NCBI GenBank assembly: GCA_937974295.1
Contig: CALBWN010000060.1
Span: 6,728-70,727, forward strand
Length of the DNA stretch: 64,000 nucleotides
Direction: 5' to 3'
Origin: an uncultured Candidatus Saccharibacteria bacterium
GTDB lineage: Bacteria > Patescibacteriota > Saccharimonadia > Saccharimonadales > Saccharimonadaceae
Shown: positions 27,237 to 36,459 of the stretch, piece by piece
Numbering within the stretch: position 1 is the stretch's first letter
Layout of the letters: the number at the start of each line of letters is the position of its first letter
Position numbers and translations under genes: made by a program
Notes under the pieces: model-generated
Told to the model about the DNA's origin: nothing
Databases searched by the model: none
Seen by the model: the letters and a program-made list of their open reading frames with translations, nothing else

Positions 27237-28070
27237 ATGGATTGGCTTCATATTATCATTCTTGGCATTGTCGAGGGGATTACTGAGTTTTTGCCCATCT
27301 CGAGTACGGGCCACTTGATGCTGGCCGAGAAGCTGCTGGGCTACTCGGTGAGCGACCCGGGGCTTGTTGCCTTTACGGCGGTGGTGCAGATTGGGGCGAT
27401 TGCTGCGGCGATTGTTTATTTCTGGCAGGACATTTGGCGCATTGCCTCGGCGTGGTGTGCTGGCGTGGTGAACCCGCGGGCGCGGACGTTTCACTACCGA
27501 ATGGGGTGGTATGTCATCATTGGTTCGCTGCCGATTGCGGTGGTGGGGCTGCTCCTGAAGGACACGATCGAGACGGTGCTGCGCGGCCTGTGGTTTGTCG
27601 CGGCTGGGCTGATGATTTGGAGTATTGTACTGTTTTTGGCCGACCGCCGGGGACGTGAGACACGCCATGAGCGCAACCTTATCTGGCGCGATGCTATGGC
27701 AATGGGCCTGATGCAGTGCTTGTCACTCATCCCGGGAGTGTCGCGTTCGGGGGCGACGATTGCCTCGGGGCTATTCCGCGATATCGACCGCACCACTGCC
27801 ACACGGATGAGCTTCTTCCTGGGGATTCCGGCATTGATGGCAGCTGGTGGGCTGGAGGCCGTGACGCAGTCGCAGCAGATTGGCCGCTTGATTGGCTGGC
27901 CACAGATGATACTGGGGATTATCATATCCTTTGTGGTGGGGTATGTGGCGATCTCGTGGCTGCTGCGCTTTGTTTCGAGCAATTCATTTGATAAGTTCGT
28001 CGCTTACCGCTTGGCGCTGAGTACATTACTTATCATCCTGCTTGCGGTGGGTGTGTTGGCGCCAGTGTAA
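27237..28070 (+). CDS. uppP: Undecaprenyl-diphosphate phosphatase
   Basis: LGIVEGITEFLPISSTGH..QCLSLIPGVSRSGATI. Confidence 0.97.
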   Translation: MDWLHIIILGIVEGITEFLPISSTGHLMLAEKLLGYSVSDPGLVAFTAVVQIGAIAAAIVYFWQDIWRIASAWCAGVVNPRARTFHYRMGWYVIIGSLPIAVVGLLLKDTIETVLRGLWFVAAGLMIWSIVLFLADRRGRETRHERNLIWRDAMAMGLMQCLSLIPGVSRSGATIASGLFRDIDRTTATRMSFFLGIPALMAAGGLEAVTQSQQIGRLIGWPQMILGIIISFVVGYVAISWLLRFVSSNSFDKFVAYRLALSTLLIILLAVGVLAPV

Positions 28071-28406
28071 TTTCTCCATGCTTGTTTTCAGGCTTACCTC
28101 ACGTCCTATTGAGCAGGGGAGTGAATCTTTTTTGAAGACATCGGCCTTCTAGAGATCATGCTCAAGATCGTTTGGCGTTTCGTTTGAATGAGTATAGCGG
28201 TGTTTTTATGGCGACGCGTTTTTGTACTCCACCCAGATGAAGTAGGGGGAGTATTAGTTCATATATGCAAGGCTTCTAGATTCAGCCTTGTTATAATTTT
28301 GCTTCTGAAGCGCTAGAAAAAACATTGCAATGTTGTTTACTTCGTTTGCTCTCGCTGAGTGATTGCGGTATAATTGCTATTAACATTAGCAGCTTATGGA
28401 GGCGCA

Positions 28407-29243
28407 ATGATCGAAATAAAAAACATTACTAAAGTCTACGGCAAGAAGAAAAACACCTTCACCGCCCTCAAGGACGTGAGCCTTGCAATTGAGGAGGGGT
28501 CGAGCGTAGCAGTACTGGGCAAGTCGGGCTCGGGCAAGTCCACGCTGATGCATGCTATCTCTGGCCTGGATAAGCCGCAGCAGGGCGAGGTGGTCATCAA
28601 CGGTGAGGATATCTTGCGGCTCAAGCGCAAGGCGACCGACCGCTTTCGGGCGCGGACGATGGGCTTTATCTTCCAGAGTTTCTTTGTGGAGGGCGGCGAG
28701 AGCTGCTATGACAATGTGAGCCTGTCGCTCGAGACCGCAGGTGTGCCGCGCAGTCAGCGCAAGCAGCGCATTGTGGCGGCGCTTGAAGCAGTTGGCTTGG
28801 AGGACAAGATCAAAGCGCGGGCCAAGGACCTCAGTGGTGGGCAAAAGCAGCGCCTAGCGATCGCTCGAGCAATTGCTGCCGAGCCGCAGATTCTCTTTGC
28901 CGACGAGCCAACAGGCAACCTCGACTCAGCGACCTCTGCAGTGGTAGAAGACCTGCTCTTCAATTACGCTAAGGAGCACGGTGCGACGCTCATCATCGTC
29001 ACGCATGACGAGGATCTGGCACAGCGCTGCCAGCGTATTATTCGTATCAAAGATGGGGTGATTGACCACGACAGCGCTATGGATGATAAGGCAACAGCCT
29101 CTCCCAATGCTAAAAAAGCGCCAACTCGCCGCAAAACCAAAGCCGTAGCCTCACAGCCCAAGAAAACAACGAAAAAAGCGACGAGCACCACCGCGAAAGC
29201 CAAATCCACAACCACCAAGCCAACACCAAGGAGGGCAGACTAA
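28407..29243 (+). CDS. ABC transporter ATP-binding protein (LolD/MacB-like) with Lys/Thr-rich tail
   Basis: [38 protein letters not shown]. Confidence 0.93.
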   Translation: MIEIKNITKVYGKKKNTFTALKDVSLAIEEGSSVAVLGKSGSGKSTLMHAISGLDKPQQGEVVINGEDILRLKRKATDRFRARTMGFIFQSFFVEGGESCYDNVSLSLETAGVPRSQRKQRIVAALEAVGLEDKIKARAKDLSGGQKQRLAIARAIAAEPQILFADEPTGNLDSATSAVVEDLLFNYAKEHGATLIIVTHDEDLAQRCQRIIRIKDGVIDHDSAMDDKATASPNAKKAPTRRKTKAVASQPKKTTKKATSTTAKAKSTTTKPTPRRAD

Positions 29244-29245
29244 CC

Positions 29246-30601
29246 ATGAAAACGACCGATATCATTCGCCGCGCTGGCCGCAACTTGCGCCGAGCCAAGA
29301 TGCGCACGTTGCTCACTAGTATCGCCATTGCGGTGGGCGGCTTTGCCATTATGGCGAGCCTGATGGCGGGCGAGGGTGCACGCCAGTATATTGACCGGCT
29401 GATTAGTAGCAATATTGATGCCAAGGCGGTGTTTATCGTTAAAGATAAGCGACTCATCGGGGTACAATCGGGCCAGCAGGCTGACCTGCGTGAGTATAAT
29501 CCTGATAGTATCAACCGCTACGGCAATGACTACAAAGCCCTGACCCAAAAAGACATCGACAAGCTCGCGGCACGCACCGACCTCGAGAAGGTGAGACCAG
29601 TCTATCAGCTCCAGCCCAAGTACGTGAGCTTTGCTACTAAGAAGGACAAGAAATACAGCAGTGATGTGAGCGTCTTTGATGGTGCGCTCGCGGCCGAAGT
29701 GGTGGCAGGCAAGCAGCTAGGCAAGGGCACTGAGCTCGCGCCTGGCGAAGCCGTCATCCCCGAGAGCTATGCCGAGACACTAGGGCAATCGCCTGCCCAG
29801 ATGGTGGGTAAGCAGCTGACTGTCACAGTGGTGCAAATGCCACAGAAGATCGACGAAGCAACGCTTGGCCAGGTCTTTGCTGAGAAGGGGCAGGCTGGGG
29901 TGAATGAGCTGATTAATGGCAAGGAATTGCATAAGACCTTCACCATTGCGGCCGTGACGCGCAAATCGGCTGACCAAACCCAGGCAATGCGCGGCATTGG
30001 GATTAATGCCAAAGTAGCCCGCGAGCTGAGTGACTACAGTACCAAGGGTACGAGCCAATACCAAAAGTACATGTCTGCCACCGCGGTTGCCAAGCAGGAT
30101 GCCGAAGCTGCCAAGAAGTCCCTCGAGCGAGATGGTTACGCTGCAGCTACTGCCAAGGATCTGCAGCAGACGCTCTTTCGCTTCGTCGATATCTTGCAAG
30201 GGGTTGTGCTGGGCTTTGGTGCGCTGGCGCTAATAGTGAGTATTTTTGGCATCGTCAACACGCAGTACATCTCGGTGTTGGAGCGGACGCAGCAGATTGG
30301 CCTGATGAAGGCACTCGGTGCCAGCCGGCGCGATATTGGCCGCTTGTTCCGCTACGAGGCTGCCTGGGTGGGCCTGCTGGGCGGTGCGCTGGGCGTGCTG
30401 GGCGCGTGGGGTGCTGGCATAGCGCTCAACCCGGTGATTTCGGAGAAGCTCGGCTTTGGCGATCATAAGCTCCTCGTCTTTGTACCAGAGCATGCTGCTG
30501 CGGTGGTGGCTGGCCTGATGCTGGTGGCAATCATTGCTGGCTGGCTGCCAAGCCGCAAGGCTGCCAAGCTCGACCCAATCGAAGCACTGCGCACAGAGTA
30601 A
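29246..30601 (+). CDS. ABC transporter permease (MacB/FtsX family)
   Basis: RTLLTSIAIAVG..ISVLERTQQIGLMKALGA..PSRKAAKLDPIEALR. Confidence 0.93.
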   Translation: MKTTDIIRRAGRNLRRAKMRTLLTSIAIAVGGFAIMASLMAGEGARQYIDRLISSNIDAKAVFIVKDKRLIGVQSGQQADLREYNPDSINRYGNDYKALTQKDIDKLAARTDLEKVRPVYQLQPKYVSFATKKDKKYSSDVSVFDGALAAEVVAGKQLGKGTELAPGEAVIPESYAETLGQSPAQMVGKQLTVTVVQMPQKIDEATLGQVFAEKGQAGVNELINGKELHKTFTIAAVTRKSADQTQAMRGIGINAKVARELSDYSTKGTSQYQKYMSATAVAKQDAEAAKKSLERDGYAAATAKDLQQTLFRFVDILQGVVLGFGALALIVSIFGIVNTQYISVLERTQQIGLMKALGASRRDIGRLFRYEAAWVGLLGGALGVLGAWGAGIALNPVISEKLGFGDHKLLVFVPEHAAAVVAGLMLVAIIAGWLPSRKAAKLDPIEALRTE

Positions 30602-30624
30602 TCTGCATAGCTACGAAGAGTCTC

Positions 30625-30660
30625 AAGCCCGCTTTGCTGTGGTAGGCAAAGCGGGCTTTT
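30625..30660 (+). terminator. Intrinsic terminator
   Basis: AAGCCCGCTTTGC/GCAAAGCGGGCTT plus T's. Confidence 0.8.
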
Positions 30661-30817
30661 GGCTAGCTCAGAGAGGTGCTAGCATAAACCTAACAGAGAT
30701 AGAGCAAGAGAATCGACCCTAAAATAGCTGAGAATTGAGGGCAGAGTGGCTTGCGCTCTTTAATTTTATAACGCTTGTGCTATAATCAGACAAAAGGGTA
30801 TAAATAGGGGTATAGCT

Positions 30818-32347
30818 ATGAATGAACACCGCAAAAAATTTGCAAGTCGTTCGCTTGTATTTGTCTTGTTTGGGATATTATTAATCATCATTATATTGCT
30901 CTGGTGGTGGTGGCCATGGGGCTACAATAGCAGCTTCAAGGGTGTGCGGCCAGACCAAGTGAGTTTGCGCCAGCATGATGGGAAGATCCAGTGGCAATTT
31001 ATGGATGGCGCGTGGCACGATATTGCCTCGGTGGAGGACTTGCGCGGGGCAAAAGGCGAGCAAGGTGCGCGCGGTGAGGCTGGTGCGAGTGGCGAACGAG
31101 GTGCAGACGGTGCCAATGGCCGTGATGGTGCAGATGGTGCACGTGGCCGTGATGGTGCTCGTGGTGCAGCTGGCAAGAATGGCGCAAACGGCGCTAATGG
31201 TGCCAACGGTAAGGACGGTGCAAACGGGGCTAATGGCAAAGACGGTGCATCGGCCGCTAAGGGCGAAAAAGGTGAAAAGGGTGAACCAGGCGCCAAAGGC
31301 GACAAGGGTGAGCCTGGCAAAGATGGCAAAAATGGTGAAAAGGGTGACAAGGGCGATACTGGCCCCAAGGGTGACACCGGCGCGAAAGGTGAGCAGGGTG
31401 CGCCTGGTACACCTGGTGCACAAGGAGAAAGAGGCGTACCCGGCCCGAAGGGTGACCAAGGAGACACTGGCCCACAAGGACAGCCCGGTCAGCCCGGCCC
31501 ACAAGGCCCACAAGGCCAAACCGGCCCAGCTGGTGCCGATGGTCGAACCATCGAGCTCCAGAAGGGCACGCTCTACATCCAGTGGCGCTACACTGGCGAA
31601 ACAGCGTGGCAAAACCTCATTGCTTATACTGACCTCAAGGGTGAAAAGGGTGATGCTGGTCAGCCAGGCCCACAAGGCCAACAGGGTATCCAGGGGCAGC
31701 AAGGTGCTACTGGACCCAAAGGCCAGGATGGCACCAACGCAACGATTAATGTTACCAACAGCACTCAGCCATGCTCACCAAATATGACCGTTACAGGCAA
31801 TGGCACCTCTCAGCTTGGCCTTACCTTTGCGGGTAGCACTGTGCCAGCGGGTGGCACGGTTGGCCAAATATTGTCGAAGAAGTCGGCCGCAAACTGCGAC
31901 ATGGAATGGCGGAGCCTCCCCCAGATGACCATCTTTACGGCAACACTTGGCAATGGCAATGGCGGTGTGACGGCTGCAACGATTGCCAAGGATACCTTTG
32001 CGCCAGTGCCACTCAAGACCGTCGTGACAAACAACGGTGGCGGGTCGTGGGATGCCGGGAGCAAATCGTACATTGTACCAAGTGATGGCGTCTACTTGAT
32101 CCAATCGCGGATTCGCTTGAATGATACATCATCAGCCCGCGGTGTATACCAGGCTGTCAACGATACGGCCCGCGACACTCCAGAGGGTGTGTGGAGCAAC
32201 AACCAACACGGCTACCGCTTTACCATGCCATACACTCGCCTGATGCGAGTAACAGCCGGGACACCGCTCAAGCTTGTCGTCTACTCGGCTGGCCAAGACG
32301 CAAACATCACCGATGCAAGCCTCAGCATCGTCAAGATATCAGACTAA
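30818..32347 (+). CDS. Membrane-anchored collagen-like protein with C1q/TNF-like C-terminal domain
   Basis: N-terminal TM; long Gly-X-Y tracts interrupted by two IQW..W..DL(R/K)G modules; C-terminal beta domain (GGSWD..YIVPSDGVYLI). Confidence 0.85.
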   Translation: MNEHRKKFASRSLVFVLFGILLIIIILLWWWWPWGYNSSFKGVRPDQVSLRQHDGKIQWQFMDGAWHDIASVEDLRGAKGEQGARGEAGASGERGADGANGRDGADGARGRDGARGAAGKNGANGANGANGKDGANGANGKDGASAAKGEKGEKGEPGAKGDKGEPGKDGKNGEKGDKGDTGPKGDTGAKGEQGAPGTPGAQGERGVPGPKGDQGDTGPQGQPGQPGPQGPQGQTGPAGADGRTIELQKGTLYIQWRYTGETAWQNLIAYTDLKGEKGDAGQPGPQGQQGIQGQQGATGPKGQDGTNATINVTNSTQPCSPNMTVTGNGTSQLGLTFAGSTVPAGGTVGQILSKKSAANCDMEWRSLPQMTIFTATLGNGNGGVTAATIAKDTFAPVPLKTVVTNNGGGSWDAGSKSYIVPSDGVYLIQSRIRLNDTSSARGVYQAVNDTARDTPEGVWSNNQHGYRFTMPYTRLMRVTAGTPLKLVVYSAGQDANITDASLSIVKISD

Positions 32348-32372
32348 GCTAGGCAGCTCACTACCAATCTCT

Positions 32373-32401
32373 ACAGAACCAGCTCCTATGGCTGGTTCTG
32401 T
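32373..32401 (+). terminator. Intrinsic terminator
   Basis: ACAGAACCAGC/GCTGGTTCTGT. A second hairpin follows at ~32407-32441. Confidence 0.7.
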
Positions 32402-32574
32402 GTTAGTTTCTCCTCGCTCATGGAGTGATCGAGAGGAGAAAAGTGAGGCAAAAATGGGGGTCTGCAGGCCGTGCTATCTGCCCAATAGTACCGTGGCTGG
32501 GTGGCCATCGTGCCCGGAAGTTTTATCGAACAAATTGCCATTACGCTTGGCGTGGTATCTGATATAATATAGTT

Positions 32575-33819
32575 ATGTTAGATATTCGTTATATTCGCGC
32601 GCATGCCAACGAGGTGCAGGCAGCAGCGCGCCATAAGGGCTATGAGGTGTCCATCGCTGCGCTTCTCGCGTGCGACGATCAGCGCCGGGAGCTTCAGCAG
32701 CGGGTGGACGCTGTGCGTACTACGCGCAACGAGACAGCCGCTCAGATGAAGGGCGGCAAACCCAGCCAAGAGCTCATCGCTACAGGCAAGGCACTCAAAG
32801 CCGAGCTTGCAACGCTGGAAGAGGAGCTGCGCACCGTAGAGAATAACTTTTTTGCTCAGTTAGAAGCAGTGCCAAATATCACCCTGCCAGACGTCCCGCT
32901 GGGTGGCGAGGCAGACAGTGTGGAGATTAAGCAGTGGGGCGAGCGACGTGAGTCGGCTCAGGATCACCTCGACTTTGCTACGAGTCGGGGCTGGCTCGAC
33001 TTTGAGCGCGGTGCTAAGGTGGCTGGCACAAAGTTTTACTATGTGCTGGGCGACCTCATGCTGCTCGAGAATGCCATCTACCAATATGCTCTTAACTTCC
33101 TCGTGAGCAAAGGCTTCCGCCCCATGACAGTGCCGCACATGGTGAGTGGCCGCGTGGCGCGTGGCTCGGGCTTTGCGCCCAAGAGCGACAAGGAGAGCAA
33201 CGAGTACTTTATTGAGGGCGAAGACACGATGCTTATTGGCACAGCCGAGGCACCGCTGACGGGCTTCCATGCCGACGAGATTTTGGATGAGAAAGACCTG
33301 CCACTGCTCTACGCTGGCTACAGCCCCTGCTACCGCAAAGAGGCTGGCGCTGCCGGGAAGTTTAGCCGCGGGCTCTTCCGGGTGCATCAGTTTAATAAAT
33401 TAGAGATGTATATCTATTGCTTGCCCGAGCAATCGGCCCAGATGCACGAGAAAATCCTCGCACTGGAGGAGGAGATTTGGCAGAGCCTGGGCGTGCCATA
33501 CCATGTGGTCAATATCGCGGCGGGAGACCTCGGCGCACCAGCCGCCAAGAAGTACGACATCGAGTATTGGTCGCCTGTTGATGGCGCCTACCGCGAGCTC
33601 ACTAGCTGCAGCAACTGCACCGACTTCCAGGCACGCAACCTCGGCATCCGTGTCCGCCGGGCCGATGGCTCGCTCCAGGTGGTACACACCCTCAATGGCA
33701 CCGCAGTGAGCTTGGCTCGTGCACTGGTAGCGATTATCGAGAATTATCAAACAACGGATGGCCAGCTCCGCGTGCCAACGGTGCTGCAGCCATATCTGAA
33801 CAACAGGGAGGTACTCTAG
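32575..33819 (+). CDS. serS: Seryl-tRNA synthetase
   Basis: MLDIRYIR..LIGTAE..CYRKEAG..GLFRVHQFNKLE..ELTSCSNCTDFQAR..HTLNGT. Confidence 0.98.
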   Translation: MLDIRYIRAHANEVQAAARHKGYEVSIAALLACDDQRRELQQRVDAVRTTRNETAAQMKGGKPSQELIATGKALKAELATLEEELRTVENNFFAQLEAVPNITLPDVPLGGEADSVEIKQWGERRESAQDHLDFATSRGWLDFERGAKVAGTKFYYVLGDLMLLENAIYQYALNFLVSKGFRPMTVPHMVSGRVARGSGFAPKSDKESNEYFIEGEDTMLIGTAEAPLTGFHADEILDEKDLPLLYAGYSPCYRKEAGAAGKFSRGLFRVHQFNKLEMYIYCLPEQSAQMHEKILALEEEIWQSLGVPYHVVNIAAGDLGAPAAKKYDIEYWSPVDGAYRELTSCSNCTDFQARNLGIRVRRADGSLQVVHTLNGTAVSLARALVAIIENYQTTDGQLRVPTVLQPYLNNREVL

Positions 33820-34947
33820 ATGGGGCGCACAATCAGAAAAATGAGCCGCAAAGGCTACGCCAAAGTTGCCAAGCCGTTTCTCTTCCGGCGGCAGCCCGAC
33901 GCAGCGCACCAGTCGATGCTCTGGACGGCGCGGGCACTGCATGCCATTCGCGGTGAGCAGCTCCTTAGTGGCTGGCGCTACAAGAACCCTCGCCTCGAGC
34001 AGACCATCCTTGGCCTTAACTTTGTTAATCCCATCGGTCTGTCTGCTGGGCTGGATAAAGATTTTGATCTGCCTCCGGTGGCGAAGAAAATCGGCTGCGG
34101 CTTTGAGATTGGCGGCTCGGTAACGGCCATGCCCTGCGAAGGTAACCCCAAGCCGTGGTTTTGCCGCTTAGCCAGTGAGCAGTCGATCGTTGTCAATGTC
34201 GGCCTAGCCAATCGCGGCGTGGCGAAGGCGATCGAGCAGATCCGCGGCTACTCACCACGGGTCTGGCGCGACTTTCCGCTCAGCGTATCTGTAGCCAAGA
34301 CCAACAGCCCCAAGCAAGTCCGCCCCAAGCAAGCAATTGCCGACTACTGCGACAGTCTTCGCCAGCTCGAAGCAGCTGGGTGTGCACCACTGTACGAGAT
34401 CAATATCTCGTGCCCGAATGCCTATGGTGGCGAGCCCTTCACGACGCCCGCTCGCCTCAAGAAGCTCCTCACTGCGGTGGATGAGCTGAAGCTTTCGCGC
34501 CCCGTCTTTATCAAAATGCCGACGGACAAGACGTGGACGCAGTTTGCCAAGCTCCTCTCCATCATCGACAAGCATAATGTGGCGGGTCTGACGATCGGCA
34601 ACCTTGTCAAAGATCGCAGCAAGCTCACCGACCCAAGTGTCTTGCCTGACGACACTCCTGGTAGCCTTAGCGGCCGGCCAGCTCAGGCCATTACCACGCG
34701 GCTTATCCACAAGACGTATGCGCTGTATGGTGACCGCTTTGTCATCATTGGTGTGGGCGGTGTCTTTACGGCGGAGGATGCGTACGAGAAGATTCGGGCT
34801 GGCGCGAGTCTCGTCGCGCTGGTGACGGCACTGATGTTTGAAGGGCCACAGGTGGTAGGCGATATCAACGAAGGCTTGGTGGAGCTGCTCGACCGAGACG
34901 ACTATGTCTCCATTAGCGAAGCAATCGGTGCGGCGCACCGCAAGTAG
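33820..34947 (+). CDS. pyrD: Quinone-dependent dihydroorotate dehydrogenase (class 2)
   Basis: NPIGLSAGLDK..GNPKP..EINISCPN..GSLSG..IIGVGGV..EKIRAGASLV. Confidence 0.92.
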   Translation: MGRTIRKMSRKGYAKVAKPFLFRRQPDAAHQSMLWTARALHAIRGEQLLSGWRYKNPRLEQTILGLNFVNPIGLSAGLDKDFDLPPVAKKIGCGFEIGGSVTAMPCEGNPKPWFCRLASEQSIVVNVGLANRGVAKAIEQIRGYSPRVWRDFPLSVSVAKTNSPKQVRPKQAIADYCDSLRQLEAAGCAPLYEINISCPNAYGGEPFTTPARLKKLLTAVDELKLSRPVFIKMPTDKTWTQFAKLLSIIDKHNVAGLTIGNLVKDRSKLTDPSVLPDDTPGSLSGRPAQAITTRLIHKTYALYGDRFVIIGVGGVFTAEDAYEKIRAGASLVALVTALMFEGPQVVGDINEGLVELLDRDDYVSISEAIGAAHRK

Positions 34948-35190
34948 GGGAGCTGGTGGCGTCCGAAGCAGACAACTTGCGAGATTAAAGCGCTTTATTT
35001 CTTTTCGCGTCTCCTCCAGCGTTAGAGTTGAAATCGATTATAGCTATCAATCTGCTGCTCTACTTGAATAAAGCCGCGAGAATGGGCTGGTGCTGAGGAG
35101 CGGAATTGTGGGAGTTAGGCTCACAGCCATTTGACATTACTCACAATATACTGCACTATAGGACGAAAGCATTGCAACAAAGGAGCAAGA

Positions 35191-35820
35191 ATGAACGAAA
35201 AACAGCCACCAGCAAACGGAGAGCGGCAAGACCCATCAAAATTGGCAGACCAGCTGCAAGAAATGCTCAGCCGTACCTTAACAGAAAGACCCTTCGAGTA
35301 TGCATGGTGGAGGCAGAGTGCGTTGCAGGAGCGTCGTATCCAAACCAACCCAGAGCTCAGCAAAGATGGTGAAACCAACGCCACCGAGCGTACTATATTC
35401 TTGACAGGCCGTGATGGCGAGCATATAGCGGTATTTGGCGTTGTGCACGATAGTCGACCAGTTGTTTTGGGCCCGACTGTCGCTATTATGGCACCTGATA
35501 GTAATGATTGGGTGGTGTATCGCTGTGGGGCAGATGCCAACGATAAATGGCAGGTCGTGCGCACCCACGGCACAGGCACCGAGCAATACGATGATGGAGA
35601 AGAATACACCTTCTTCCAGCCCACAGAGGGCGACCCCTCGCACAAGGATGCCGACGCACAAGAGCTGAGAGGCCTGATGAAGTTGATAGATACGTCACAC
35701 TGCCGCACAGAGACACCACCTAAAACCGAGACGAAGGCTTTGCTCGACCAGATTAAAGAACTGCGCGAAGAGATGGCCTATCGGATGGGATTGCTAGCCG
35801 GACATCTCTCTCTGCGCTGA
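35191..35820 (+). CDS. Orphan hypothetical protein
   Basis: AAGGAG RBS before ATG 35191. TTGACA at 35131. Confidence 0.7.
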   Translation: MNEKQPPANGERQDPSKLADQLQEMLSRTLTERPFEYAWWRQSALQERRIQTNPELSKDGETNATERTIFLTGRDGEHIAVFGVVHDSRPVVLGPTVAIMAPDSNDWVVYRCGADANDKWQVVRTHGTGTEQYDDGEEYTFFQPTEGDPSHKDADAQELRGLMKLIDTSHCRTETPPKTETKALLDQIKELREEMAYRMGLLAGHLSLR

Positions 35821-35900
35821 TAATCCACTCATAACAACCCCTGTTTCTCCTCAACCATGCTATACTATAAGCACAAGTTGCTAACACGAAAGGGGTCAGC

Positions 35901-36290
35901 ATGATCGCAAACATCGACATTACCGGTATTGGCAAATACTCGCCAGACGAGCCAACCAAAAAATATATCCGCAAGAAGATCGGTGCACTCGACCGCATGG
36001 TGTCGCGCCACGCTCGCAAGACCGTGAGCGCTATGGTGCGCATTGAGGAGATCAATGGCGAGCATGGCAATAAGTATGAGGTAGAGGTGGTCATTACCGT
36101 GCCAGACCAAACCATCAAGGCCAAAGACTCCACACTCAACGTCCTGGCTGCTACCGACATCGTTGAGCGCAAACTGGCTGGCCAGCTACGCAAATATAAG
36201 CAAAACCAGCTGCCGCACCTTGGTCGCCGTGGCCTTCTCGCTCGCTTCAAGCGCAGCTTCGAGCGCGAGCAGGATCACCCTGCGGAGTAG
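35901..36290 (+). CDS. hpf: Ribosome hibernation promoting factor (RaiA/HPF, short)
   Basis: IDITG..KYIRKKIG.LDR..AATDIVERKLAGQLRKYK. Upstream of secA. Confidence 0.88.
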   Translation: MIANIDITGIGKYSPDEPTKKYIRKKIGALDRMVSRHARKTVSAMVRIEEINGEHGNKYEVEVVITVPDQTIKAKDSTLNVLAATDIVERKLAGQLRKYKQNQLPHLGRRGLLARFKRSFEREQDHPAE

Positions 36291-36313
36291 ATGATAGGCA
36301 AGACGCGCGAGCT

Positions 36314-36347
36314 AAGAGGCCGGTATCGATCGGGTATCGGCCTCTTG
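36314..36347 (+). terminator. Hairpin between hpf and secA
   Basis: AAGAGGCCGGTATC/GGTATCGGCCTCTT. Confidence 0.6.
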
Positions 36348-36459
36348 CTTATACTTTGTGCGGGCCACCCTTCCCAAACAGCCGCAAACCCGGTATAATG
36401 AGGGGAGTTTTTTGAATTGAATGGCCGCTTAGAGAGGAAAGCGAGGGAAGTTTGACACC

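Noticed and set aside
28321..28334. Perfect palindrome AACATTGCAATGTT upstream of the ABC transporter
   Set aside because: Single occurrence with no regulator nearby and only partial resemblance to the 6412 repeat; insufficient to call an operator.
31040..31740. Tandem 9/18-nt repeats as CRISPR or VNTR
   Set aside because: They are Gly-X-Y codon repeats inside the collagen-like CDS, with no spacers and no cas genes.
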